A stretch of DNA of 64,000 nt from Octopus vulgaris (Eukaryota). Location: contig OX597825.1 of the NCBI GenBank assembly GCA_951406725.2, positions 51,460,001 to 51,524,000 on the forward strand, written 5' to 3'. The first letter of the stretch is position 1; every line of letters begins with the position of its first letter. The position numbers and the translations under genes were made by a program. Of this stretch, positions 29,246-42,097 are shown one piece after another. The notes beneath the pieces were generated by a model. The model did no database searches. It worked only from the letters and a program-made list of their open reading frames with translations, and had not been told where the DNA came from.

Positions 29246-30958
29246 TTGAAAACACTATGAAAAAATACCGTTATACAAAGGGAAATTACTGTGTTATAAC
29301 TCTGCTTGGCTGCGTACTTATACATCGCTCGCATTTTTCGCCATAAAAATTATATAAAAATACATAAAAAATATATAAAAATATATAAAAATATATAAAA
29401 TTTTCTTGGGACATAACATAGAAAACATGTTCTATCTGTTTTCTTTAGGGGACCAAAAACGTAACAGAAATTTAGTCTCACGTGGGCATGATCCGAAAAG
29501 TTCTGTCCTTGTGTTTAGACATGTAGTAGGGTCTAAGCTGCTTTTCCAGATAAGCCATCTCTCCATGTCGCATAGACCGCACCTTCCGCTGCCGTTGGTA
29601 TAGGGCTTACATCTGGCCAAAATCTTCCAATGTATGTTATAATCGGCACCTTTGTCTCTTAAAGACCAAATATGATTAGATAATTGTGTCGCTTTTCTTT
29701 TGTTCCAGTGCCTAAAGATCAAAGTGTGGTTATTGAACCTGGCCTTGAAGTTACCCTCTGTAAGGCCCACGTATTTCTTCGTCGAAAGGCGAGGGCATCA
29801 TCTTTGTAGATGGCGAAATGTACGTCTTAACAGCTAATATGTACGCCTTAACAGCTAATAGAAATGGACCAGCACAAGATCGTTTTAGGAAGGATATTAT
29901 CCAGTTAATGAAATACTTCGGACTTAGTATAACTATAGATACTAACCTGACGGTTGTCAATTTCTTAGACGTTTCCTTAGATCTTAATAAGAATATTTAT
30001 AAGCCTTATAGGAAGCCCAATGATAGACTAAGTTTTATTAATGTAGGTTCATACCATCCCCTTATAGTATTCAAAAATTTAGTTTAAAATATTAGTAAGA
30101 GGATTTCTAGCCTCTCCTCTGATAAGGACATCTTCAATAGCGTTGCCCCAGTTTATAAAAGATAGTGGTTTTAGCGAAAAAATAAAATATACACCCATTA
30201 CTAGCCCAACAGTAAGGAAAAGGAATAATAGTAATAGGAAGGTCATCTGGTTTACGCCCCCTTACTCACCCGAGGTGGCCTTCAATATAGGTAAATATTT
30301 CCTAGCACTGATAGATAGACATTTTCCAGTTAACCATACTTATAGGAAACTCTTCAATAGACACAATTTAAAAATTAGTTTTAGTCCACTACATTAGTTT
30401 TAGTTTTAGACACCGTTTCGACGAAGAAATACGTGGGCCTTACAGAGGGTAACTTCAAGGCCAGGTTCAATAACCACACTTTGAGCTTTAGGCACTGGAA
30501 CAAAAGAAACGCGACACAATTATCTAATCATATTTGGTGTTTAAGAGACAAAGGTGTCGATTATAACATACATTGGAAGATTTCGGCCAGATGTAAGCCC
30601 TATACCAACGGCAGCGGAAGGTGCGGTCTATGCGACATGGTGAGATGGCTTATCTGGAAAAGCAGCTTAGACCCTACTACATGTCTAAACACAAGGACAG
30701 AACTTTTCGGATCATGCCCAAATGTGACTAAATTTCTGTTACGTTTTTGGTCCCCTAAAGAAAACAGATAGAACATGCTTTCTATGTTATGTCCCAAGAA
30801 GATTTTATATATTTTTATATATTTTTTATATATTTTTTATGTATTTTTATATAATTTTTATGGCGAAAAATGCGAGCGATGTATAAGTACGCAGGCAAGC
30901 AGAGTTATAACACAGTAATTTCCCTTTGTATAACGGTATTTCTTCATAGTGTTTTCAA

Positions 30959-31031
30959 ATAGCCAGATAACCGAAGAGATGTCGTGGATTCCCACTTCGG
31001 CATCTGAAACTCAGAGTTTTATCTTGACTAT
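30959..31031 (+). ncRNA. Variant type I hammerhead in the PLE 3' pLTR
   Basis: GAUAA-CCGAAGA-GAUGUCG...CGGCAUC-U-GAAA-CUCAGAG-UU/UUAUC: U4C core change, extra U before GAAA, near-palindromic stem III. Confidence 0.6.
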
Positions 31032-31054
31032 CGAGTAATGTAACATAGTATTGC

Positions 31055-31117
<63 letters not shown>

Positions 31118-31265
31118 GCCTGTTACTACTACTATATAATATATATATGCAAAGGGACCATTTAAGGCGAATATATATATATATATATATACTATAGAAA
31201 TAGCAGATGCCTGAAAGTTTGGGGTATATATATATATATATATATATATAATAGATGCCTGTTAC

Positions 31266-31315
<50 letters not shown>

Positions 31316-31826
31316 CATGCCTGTTACTACTATATATAAATATATATATAATAGATGTATGCCCAAGAATATCGTTGAAGTCAATGAAATGATAAAGTAT
31401 CAATTTAGTTGTTGAATTAACGAAATCCCTTTTATTTAAATTAAATATATGAATGTACAATACGGAATATTTTCCTTGGAACTGCGCAATACCTAACATT
31501 GAGATTATTTGCAGAGTATTTCAGATTATATTTGCGTAAACAAGGTTAGTATCATAGCTCGTATAAGCATATATGCATGCACCCCCTCGCTCATATGTAT
31601 GTGCTATGTATAAATGAAACTATAGAAATTCAGGATTGCATTTTATTATAGTTCCATGTGTTGATCTATAGAATTTCAATGAGAACCTATTGACAAAGAT
31701 ATTGAATATATAATAAAGTTAGGGAGAAAGCGAAAGGGATCTTAGAGTAGGTAAAGGTGAGGTAAGGCTGGAGTCACATATATATCGTTATATAGAAGAT
31801 TGTTTAAAATGTTAAACCATAAAATA

Positions 31827-32037
31827 TTGGTTTCAAAGTTTGGCACAAGGCCAACAGCTTCGGGGCATGGTATAAGTCGATTAGATCGACACCAGTGCTC
31901 ATCTTGTACTTATTTTATCAACCCCGAAAAGATGAAAGACAAAGTCGACCCCCGTTTGCATTCGAACCAAAAATGTAAAGACGGACGAAACGCAGTCAAG
32001 CATTTTCTCTGGAGAACTAACGATTCTCGCCGACTCA
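31827..32037 (-). mobile_element. SINE, second family (ATT-tailed)
   Basis: TGGTTTCAAAGTTTGGCACAAGGCC...TACTTATTTTATCAACCCCGAAAAGATGAAAG...CTAACGATTCT matches the copies at 32100, 53650, 61050 and 63533. Confidence 0.75.
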
Positions 32038-32099
32038 TTCTTTACAACGTAAGATATAGATTAAAAATTTTGGTAAAAATCCAGGAATTTCTGATGACG

Positions 32100-32281
32100 T
32101 GTTTAGTCGATGAAATCTACCCCAGGCTCATATGTCATTTATCCATCTTTGTTTTTTCCATTTAAAGGGATGAAAGGCAAAATCGACCTCGGTGGAATTT
32201 GAACACAGGATATTAAGACGGACGAAATGTCGGTGAGCAAATTGCACGGCCTGCTAACGTTTATACCAGCTCACTGCCTTA
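32100..32281 (-). mobile_element. SINE, second family (adjacent copy)
   Basis: GGATGAAAGGCAAAATCGACCTCGGTGGAATTTGAAC...GCTAACG...CCAGCTCACTGCCTT, the reverse complement of a tRNA-like head. Confidence 0.75.
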
Positions 32282-32461
32282 TTGCTACATAAAACATCAA
32301 GACCTGAACAGTTTAATTATAGATCTGGAAAGTAGTTATAGAATATAGCATGACTTCTGTGTAATCATGTCTGCCACTGTAACAAAACGTTGTCTGGAAA
32401 CATTATATAAGTATTTAGTTTGATAAATAATGGAAAATGATTGCGCATTCAAAAACATATC

Positions 32462-35441
32462 CCTGGGGTCGCCAAACTGCAGCAGGCGACCAGCATGACT
32501 ATTGACTATTTGACTATTGACTATTGTGTCTTTGACTATAGACATGCACCTAATTGACATTGAAGATACGTTGACTGAGTTCTTATTTTATATATTTCAT
32601 CACCCTGAATATAAAAGTTGAAAGTTAAATAAAAAAAACTTCAAGCTTTATATTTATTCATTGATCAGCTGTGTAATGCAGTCCAATCGCTTTTCTTCAG
32701 TTTCAGGAAAGGGGAACGACATTCCCGACAGTTTCAAATAAATCAAATATATAATTGTAATGAATTTTTAAATTTCTCTACTTTTGTTTTAGTTGAGTTT
32801 TGCACTCTCCGACTTACCATGTTTCCCATTGAAGCTGTAATCAGGTAGATACATATAAGACTATCGAGATGTGTCGTTTGCATGTATAATGTTATTTTCA
32901 AATCTCTTTGCAAAACACGCAACATTGAGTTACACACACTTGAAATTGACAATAAATGGGAAAATTTTTATCTTTCACTACTTGTCACAATTATTTTTCA
33001 GCAATATTCGCTGTCATATTATCTGCTTAAAATAATGTTGCTATCCTTTATTAACTCAATAATTTATATTGTTTTGCTTCTTAATTAAACACATATCACC
33101 TAAAATAATGAGCAACATTTCTAAACGTAATGCTAGATCTGAGCGGAGCATTGTTCTTTAATGCTGAGGGTAGGAAAGGTGGGAAGCCGAGGGGTTAAAG
33201 AAATTTATGGCCAGTAAATGTTACAAAAGGACCTTTGAGTCTTATCTGCCATATGTCACTTAGTCATTACAAAGCTAGCATCTTGAAACGCTACTATGAA
33301 CAAACCACGAACACTTTACGCTTGATTATCTACCTAAATTAGAATTAAGGAAAATCATGTTAATTAGGTTAAAATCATCGCTAAATAGCCAACATACACT
33401 GTTGACACAGGTGAGCAAGGATGCTGATGCAACTACTGAAGCCAGATATGTTATATTATGGAATATTGCTTTTGCTAAAGGCCCGTATTCTGATTGTGAA
33501 TTTGTTAGGGTTATAGTTAATGTTTCTGCAGGGTTATGTCCAAATAATATAAACACTTCAGAGACTAAGTCTCCAAACACCAGTTTCACGCTACACTACA
33601 GAGAGACCTGTTTCTCAGGTCAGTGCTAATGTAACAAGCAAACAGCAAAGTCATTAAAAAAAATCTCTTGCATTCAGTTTATTGATTGACGAATCACACT
33701 GACATACAAGATAACCCACAACTGGCAGCGTTTATTCATTACACCACTTCTCAGAAAACTGAAAGAAGACACATTGGAATTGGCGGAATTAAAAGAAACA
33801 ACTTGTGATGTCGATATAAAAATGCGCTTAAAAGAAGCCTTAGAAAATGCTGTTGTTCGCCTGTTAGGGTGTACAACCGATGGAGCTTCTGCAAAGGTGA
33901 GGGAAAAGTAGGCTTAATTGCACCTATGAAAACCAACCCAGCTATCCAAAACGTCTCCCAGTTTAATTTACTATTAGTCAAGATCACCTGGTAAAAAAAT
34001 TCTCTAAGTTTGGAGACCTTATTAAATCTAACCTTGAAACTGTGAGTTTCATACGGTTAAATAGGAAGTTCCCACCGACAGTTCAAGAATATTAATGAAT
34101 AACTAGAACTTGAAGATAAACACAATGATGTATTATTTCATTGAATTGGGAGATGGCTATGAACCATCTTGAGCAGTAATGGTTCTCTGTTACAACATAT
34201 TCTGAACCGCAAAAAAAACAAAAAAAACCGCGAGACGTGTGTGACAGTCAAATGTGTTTTATTTTCACTATGTCAGAGATAAGTTTTGATAAATATCATG
34301 AAGTCAATTTCTTGGAAACATTTTGACCACAGTATATGAATCGTTGTCCTGTGTTCTGGTGGTGGGCGAATCAGGCACATCGAAATTGTAGGGCGTGACC
34401 TGTTCAATAACGTGTATGACCTCCGTGGATATTCAAAACTGCCATACACTTACATCCCCGAAGTAAATTTTCAGAGTTTACCATATAAAAATGACTTTTT
34501 AAAAAATCGTATTTTCTCTTTTTTTGTAGTTCAGTGTATTATTTATTTTCTTAAGCGAGACAAATGATCCTATCCCCAAGTGGAAAATAATGAAAGGATG
34601 CAAGATGTGATGTTCTTTAGTGCTATAATGAATCACGACAAACTCTCAACTTGGCATTCCACTCGGGAGGATAAGATTATTTTTGATCTTAGATAGTTAT
34701 CTGCTTCCAGAGAAAAATAAAAGCTTTTGAAAGAGGCGTATTGGTGAAGTTTGAGTCACCTTCCCATCTCATAAATAGAGTAAAAATATTTCCTGGTCCT
34801 AAATTAAAAACCTACAAGCTGGAAGAATAAAAGAAAGTAATACAAGGACTGTTAGTTTCCTATTCAGGTCTGATGACTTGCAGATGATGAAGCCCAGTAT
34901 CAACTCTCATTTATATCCATCCATAGTTGATGAGGTCAATGTGTTCAATGTGGTCAATGATGGTTGTCCAATTTTCTAACCGCTTGTTACGATGTCCTCT
35001 GTTGTAGAAATACAACTAAGGGAATTACTGGAGGCATAAAGATGATCCATATATCTGAGCCAAGATGGAAACCCATGCGACTTCTGCTAGCAGTAAATAA
35101 CAGCTTTAATTGTCTGATACATGTTGCATTGGCTGTTTGTCATAGGAATATCACGATAAGACTAAATTTTTAAGGTAGTAACTTATTTAAAGTTTTCTAA
35201 TTTTATTGATTTTCTTTTCTACATATTTTCCTCCATGTTTTGGCTAGATATTTGAGATAAATAAATATCATTAATAGGCGTTGAAGTGGCTGTATTGTAA
35301 GTAGTTTGCTTATGAAACTCAAGGTTCCGGGTTCAGTCCCACTGCGTGGCATCTTGGACAAGTGTCTTCTACAATAGGATCGGGCCAATCAAATCCATGT
35401 GAGTGGATTTGGTAAACGGAAACTGAAAGAAGCCCGTCGAA

Positions 35442-35472
<31 letters not shown>

Positions 35473-35860
35473 GTAAGTGTTTATATATGTTTGTGTGTCT
35501 GTATTGTTCCCCCAACATCGCTTGACAATCGATGCTGGTGTGTTTATGTCCCTGTAACTTAGCGTTTCGACAAAAGAGACCGATAGAATAAGTACTAGGC
35601 TCACAAAGAATAAATCCTGGGGTCGATTTGCTCAACTAAAGGCGGTGCTCCAGCATGGCCACAGTCAAATGACAGAAACAAGTAAAAGAGTAAAAGAGTA
35701 TTCATATTTTTTCCTCTTCCCTTTCTGTCTTGATGTCTAAACTTAAGTTACTAAAATGCAAATTTGCTCATTTTTCTTAGACATTTCTGCGGTTCATTAC
35801 CGTATTAAATACACTAAAACTTACGGTGCATAAACTGAAAGTAATAGAGTTTAAGAGTTT
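32462..35860 (+). mobile_element. Decayed hAT transposon (SPIN/GTF2IRD2-like transposase) with internal insertions
   Basis: Left TIR-like CTGGGGTCGCCAAACTGC. Transposase from ATG 33108: HYKASILKRYYE, ATTEARYVILWNIAFAKGPYSDCEFV, FSLLIDES, CTTDGASA, HRQFKN...GRWL, QDVMFFSAIMNH. The right end is approximate. Confidence 0.8.
35276..35700 (+). mobile_element. Full-length tRNA-derived SINE with internal (TA)n/(TG)n (OR-type octopus SINE-like)
   Basis: A-box GTGGCTGTATTGTAAG, B-box GGTTCAGTCCC, core GGACAAGTGTCTTCTAC, 3' GGCGGTGCTCCAGCATGGCC and tail (GTAAAAGA)n. Confidence 0.85.
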
Positions 35861-36469
35861 AAAATAACTGCATACATGAATAAAAAATATATACATAATA
35901 AAAAATTGTGTATGTAACAACTAAAACATTCTTTTATTTTACGGTTTCCAATCATTACATTGAGGCAATACTAGGGTACCCACTCATATCATCTCCCTTA
36001 GTTATTTTGTCGATTACAGGACATAAACGCAAACACGTACTCAAAATTAAACGTTGTACAAAATTTTGTTCATGTGTTGCAGCTCCCAAACAGGGGAACG
36101 TTATCGGATATGGCTCTTAGTTAAGCACGTTCAACCAACCTAGTCGTTGTATTCCAGAAGGTATCATCTGTAAAGGAGGCTTGAAGGAAGATATTTCCTG
36201 ATGATTACTAGTGCTCCGTTTCTGGATTTGTTTTAATGAATGTATTCAATTCTGAAAAACTTTTGTGTCTGCATTTATGTATTTATCTATATACTAAAAT
36301 AACAAGTTTTTTTGTATAACTATATTCATTTATTTACCACAGAAAATTTGGGGTACCTCTTTCGACGTGATGATGAACTTCTGAAATTTTCAAGTTTATT
36401 ATATAAAGTTGGTAAGGTTGCTGGCGAACCAGGAGTGCTAATACAAGATTTGTAAAAAGAACTGATGAT

Positions 36470-36600
36470 TAAAGTGTGTGAGTGTGTGTGTAGAGTATGT
36501 AAGAGTTGTGCATGTATGTCTGTGTGTCTGTTTATCTGGCTGTTTATCTATCCATCTGTCTCTATCTATGTACCTATCTATTTATGCATACGTGTGTATT

Positions 36601-36632
<32 letters not shown>

Positions 36633-36638
36633 TATACA

Positions 36639-36676
<38 letters not shown>

Positions 36677-36850
36677 TGTATATGTATATATACATGTATA
36701 TATTATATGTACTGTATATATATATATGTATATATATACTGTATATATGTATATATAGTATATGTATATATATACATATATATGTATATATATATATGTA
36801 TATATATATATAGAGAGAGAGAGAGAAAGAGAGAGAAAGAGAGAAATAGA
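36470..36850. repeat. Compound (TG)/(TA)/(GA) microsatellite
   Basis: Direct reading. Confidence 0.95.
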
Positions 36851-38913
36851 GATTTTGTATGTGTTTGAACTAGGTAGTTTAATTTATGTTGCACTGGTCT
36901 ACTTCTGTGTATCAACCTAGTGGTGGTTCAGCTACATAGGCGCCTATAAAACAATTTGTGAAAGCGTGGTACAAACTTATGAGAGATGGCTAAGATATAT
37001 ATATATATATATATATATATACGCACAAGCACACACCTACACAATCTTATGCACGATTGTATGTTCGTAAATGTATAACTATGTATTAATAGAATTGTAT
37101 ATAATATGGGAATGGTGAGTTTACAGAGTAAATAAGGATGAGAGAAAGATAGTTTTATTGTAACTCACGTTTATGGAAAATATTTATAATCTCCACTGTC
37201 TTCTTCTCGTCACCTTCAGTAAATATACCCATTAGTGTATGAACAAAAGTTGATCCATTCTCTATAGAATTCATGTCCACAATTGTTATAACTACCTATT
37301 TATTTTTATTCAACTAACATCAGATTTCAAGACACCTAGACTACATTTGCTAGACATCTTTTTTTACTTAGTCTACCACTTGCCGGACCTTAACTTCAAT
37401 ATCTTTTGTATTATCAGCTTTCTGAAAACAGCATTGATTAACTTTCGTGTTTATTCTCTCATTTTCTTTTCGATATGTTTTCTTTATATTGCACTTATTT
37501 TATTTTTCATCTTACTCTCTCTCTCTCTCCCTCTCTGTTCTTGCGCTCTCTCTGTCTTTCATTTCCCCCTTCTCTCACTCTCTCTCACTCTCCTTTATAC
37601 TTCTTTACTTGCCATCTCGTGTTTTAACGTCACGACATTACAACTGATGAGGCCATAGCGGTTTCCTAACTCTGATAAATGTGCCAGCATCGTGCCACAC
37701 AAAATCAAAGAGATAGACAGACAGATTGGATAGGGAGATAGATGTAGAGAAAACCAGTGCGTAGAGGAAAGAGACGAAGTGGAAGACGCACACGCAAACA
37801 ATTCGCTTTCTCTCTCTCTCCCTCCCTCTCTCCCTCCCTCTCTCCCAAACACAAATACATACACCACCACCACCACTAACAACAACAACAATTCCACACA
37901 TCATTTGCGTGTATTTTGAGAACCATACATATATTCCGTTACTTCTTTTCTTTGTAACTGAGATTTTGCTGTATAAATGTTAGTAATGCTATCTCTGAGT
38001 AATGTATGTGTGTGTGGATCTCCGTCAATTTCGACGGCAAGGATTCATTTGATGCTGTAGCTTAATAGCCTTTATGCTATGGAAACATTATATTGATGAA
38101 AATCGTGCAGTAAAATTGTTTTACTGCAGCGCCACACGTATTTTATTCTTAATATTAAGCAATAATATCGACTGAATATTTGTTCACGAAAGCGACGGAG
38201 TTTCATACGCGTGCACGCGCACATCACATATAATGGCATATACAAAAGAAGTCTTCCCACATCGTGAGATACATGAAGTGGCTATTGTCAAGGTTCTCGT
38301 CCTCTTGCAGTTCTTTCTGCCCCTATTCAAACGTCTGTGTGGTTGATATATTTCCCGAATGTTCGACTGCACAACATTCTTGAAGTGGTCCTTTTTATCT
38401 CGTTTTCTACTTCTGATATACTCATTGAAACTGTTGTTTGCTGTGTAGCAAGAAGTCACAAAATGTCACGTACTTGGGGAAACAGACGCAGCTCCACGAT
38501 GGATTGACTTCGTAAAAAAATTGTTATATTTTCTCTCTCCAGGAGTTTGGGGCAATCTTCCTTAGCAAACGCTGATGGAGTGTGTCTTGCATGAAAACTT
38601 CCCCTGCTGTCATGTTCTTCTTGCTGGCTTCATAGAATTATTGGCAAAATTATTACACTAGAAGGTTGGCTCTTCATTGCAGACTCGATGATTACAGTAG
38701 TCCAGATTTGGCATGTACGCTGGTTTATAGTTCTTCCTGTTCACATTATTTTCAATGCTTTCAACATAGCTGACCAGGCTGCTCATCTACTTGAAATTGT
38801 CAACATCCTCCACAATCTGCTGAATGTATACTATTAATTTATCAGGGACTTCAATTATGTGAATACGGTTTTCTCTGTACAGTCTTTATATATGTATGTC
38901 AAAATAGTTTTTA

Positions 38914-41900
38914 TCTACTACATATGTGGGAAATTGTGTCTCTGGGTGTGTTTGTTTGTGGAGTTGTTAGCAAACTCCTCCTACATCATTTTATCGATTT
39001 TGATGAAACTTGACACGTGAGTAGAACTCATGTCTGGATACTTCATGGCATACTCAGTTTGTTGAAAAAGTCGAAAATAGGGCCCCTGGAAGGGTTTCTT
39101 ATATACACCTAATATATTTTATTTAACAGCCAAGGGAAATAACCCATCTATTTTCCTACATTATTTGGTATAAATCAAATTGATTTCTTAGTATTTGAAC
39201 TGTTACAGTTATTTTCGCAATTTATCCAGTATAACTCTTAAACAAGTAAATAGTATTTTCCTAAGCAATATACCCACTTATTTCGGTTAATGACTTATTC
39301 ACGAATATACCATGTATACCACGAATATACCATGAATGACGATGTCTTTCATGTCACTTCAGCCAATTGACAAGAGCTGCAAGAAGAACAGTTCTGATTT
39401 TAGACAAATGCACTGTCAACACAAGGGTCACGACCTGTTTAAATGTAGGAACAGCTTCTTAAATTCTATCTATATATCTTGAAAATGCCCAGCGTGTATA
39501 TATCACAGACGACAATGCTAGAAACGTAGTTCTGAATCCATGAGAAACCACTTTGACAGCTTTCTTCAAATTATGCCAATGTGATCTGTTTGCCCGAACA
39601 CTGTTGTATGTTGAGGTTCCCGTGTACTATACCTGAGCCCACAAAAGATGGAACAGACGCAAGAAAGGAACACGCACTGAGGGATGGGAAGAAGATACTG
39701 TATTTAGAAGTGGGGCCATCGGGCGGGTGTACACTGTGCACCCTGATCAGCAGGGGTGCTTTTTCTGCATCTACTTTTCCACGATGTAGAGGTCCTACAT
39801 CATTCACAGACTTTCGAAGACACAATGGGTAGTAAAGAAATATATATATTAATGTGTGGGGGTGGTGGTAACAGTTGATGAAAGAACACTTGTGTGCTGA
39901 CTTGACATGCTAGAAATAGCAATGAAATCTCTCAAATTACTTCCCACTATAGAGAAGCCTGTGCCAAACATGGACTACTGGAGGACGAGGATGCTCACTG
40001 GGACCAGACAGTGGAGGGGGAAGTAGTCAGCACAGCACTAAGTCAACTACTCTAGCTATTTTCGATCATGTTGATAATATGTGGCTTGTGTGAAACGTAC
40101 AAGATTTGGGCGATCCACAAAACCAGCATGGCAAAGGACATCTAGAAAGGATTCAAAGGCAAACCTCAGCGGAAATTTCCACGTTTAATAACGCCATTTA
40201 CAATGAGGTATTGCTGGACTTGGACACCCGAATGTAAGATATGGGAGGTAAAAGCAATTCCATATTTGATCTTCCTTAACCGGAGCAGGCAGCAAACAAT
40301 TTCGCAATTGAGTACCTGCGAGAAATCATCTATGACATAGAGGAAATGATGGCGTAGATAGCTGATAAAGAATACAAACTGATGGAGAACCAACTGGGTG
40401 TTTGCAACAGTATTATTAAGTTGTGGTCGCACATCTCATTCCTGTCTCAAACTCTCTTTGGACCTGTCTAAGAAAGAGAAGACAAACTACAAAATCAGTC
40501 ATGGTTCTATAAGTCTGAGACACAACATCAGGCTCATGAGAGTTGCCACAGTTTTGCTTGCATGAGTTCCAGTGATTCCAAAGGGGACATGAGCTGATGA
40601 AGTAAATGCCAGCATAATGTTGTCCTACCTAAGGAGCAGTGTGTAAAAGCTAACGCCCACAACCAACATGAGAGTACAGCACAGTGGTGATGATACCGAC
40701 AGAACATTTTCAAAGCAACAGTTGGACGTCGGTAATGGCATTTCTGTTGGAGAGAAATATGGCCGGGTAAGCTTTTGGACATATGGTATCTCATTTAAAG
40801 AAAGTAATGAACAAGGTGTTTCCTAACCCGAGGAATCAGTTTACATACCACAACTGGCTGAAAACCCGTGTCATTTTAGCCCCCAAAATGTGGAAGTTGA
40901 TGATTTGAAATTTAAACTTCTGGAACAGTCGCCAGGTGAGCGTCACATCTACAATTCCATTGATTCTGTACTCAACATCGATGAAGCTGTGAATTATCCA
41001 GCTGAATTCTTTAATAGTCAAACACCACCTGGCCTCCCACCTCACAACATGCACCTCAAGGTTGGGGCACCAGTTATGCTGCTTCGAAACCTCGATCCAC
41101 CAAAGCTTTGCAATGGTACGGGGTTTATAATAAAGAAGATGGTGCCAACAGTTTTGGAAGAAGGATTTTGACTGGTAAAGCAAGAGATGAGCCTCTATTC
41201 ATTCCTAGAATTCCACTTACTCTCTTGGATATACCTTTCCAGTACAATCACCTAATATTCCCATTGAAACTTATGTTTGCAATGAGTATTAACAAGGTCC
41301 AGGGACAGTCCTTGAGCGTGGTAGGTCTGAAACTTGCGGAACCAGTTTTCTCCCATAGCCAACTTTATATGGGATGCTCAAGAGTCGGTAATCCTAATGA
41401 TTAGCTTATTTACGCCCCACAAGAAAAGAACAAAAATGTTGCTTATCAAGAAGCTCTGCAAATTTCTTAAGATTCACCAAAACATCAGGTGTTTACTTTT
41501 TAAATGTTATATTTGTAATTGTTTTAAATGTATTGATAATCTCACATGTTATTTTATTTTTTAAATCTATATAGAGATTTATTTGTATGTCTACTGTAAA
41601 ACTAAATGTCAGTCTGTTTTTACATTCATTGTAAATCTAGTGCCCCTGAGGGTAATATTCTCTGGGAACGTACAAAAGCCCTTTTCAGATTTATTTACTT
41701 TGAATGTTTATTAACTCATATCTGATTATTCTGTTATTACGTAACATGCTTCACGGTTTTAGTATACACACCTTATTGGTATTTCCTCTTGCGTTCTATA
41801 TACTCTGGGAACGCATTAAAGCCCTTTTCAGGGCTACTTTATTTGAATTCTTACTATCGGGTAACTAATTTCATGTTATTACATAACTGACTTCACAATT

Positions 41901-42097
41901 TGTGCATTCATAACTTATTGGCAATTCCTAAAAACAAGATCCTGTGTAAGACAGTTCAGTATTCTCTGTAAATGCACAAAAACCGTTTTACGAGCTACGT
42001 ACTTAGTATTGTTGTTATTGGATTAGCTAAACAGTTATGAGAGCGGAACCAAGGGATAAGCCTCGCTTTTACGGGAATTACCGGGTACGTCATCTAG
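38914..42097 (+). mobile_element. Internally deleted Helitron with Rep/Pif1-helicase remnants and both termini
   Basis: Start A|TCTACTAC at 38914; end ...ACGGGAATTACCGGGTACGTCATCTAG|T at 42097 (A-T target, decayed subterminal hairpin). Motifs FARTLLYVEVP, IGRVYTVHP, GPTSFTDFR, PPGLPPHNMHLKVGAPVMLLRNLDPPKLCNGT, FAMSINKVQGQSL and PVFSHSQLYMGCSRV. Confidence 0.9.

Larger units (their letters stand above)
29078..31057 (+). mobile_element. 5'-truncated Penelope-like element (RT thumb, C-terminal GIY-YIG) with a ~630-bp inverted pLTR; resembles the Hydra-type clade
   Basis: VVNFLDVSLDL...YKPYRKPND, VIWFTPPYS and KKYVGLTEGNFKARFNNH...HWK...CGLC...LNTRTELFGSC. Arms 29159-29787 and 30416-31045 are near-identical reverse complements. 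Both ends lie in (TA)n. Confidence 0.9.

Noticed and set aside
31090-31360. CRISPR-like repeat-spacer pattern
   Set aside because: Eukaryotic context, spacers are TA runs of irregular length, and there are no cas genes.
37641-37670. CTGATGAGGCC hammerhead-like core
   Set aside because: No downstream GAAA and no stems I or III.
40890-41404. Host PIF1 helicase gene
   Set aside because: Frameshifted, intronless, and enclosed by Helitron termini with Rep-side motifs.
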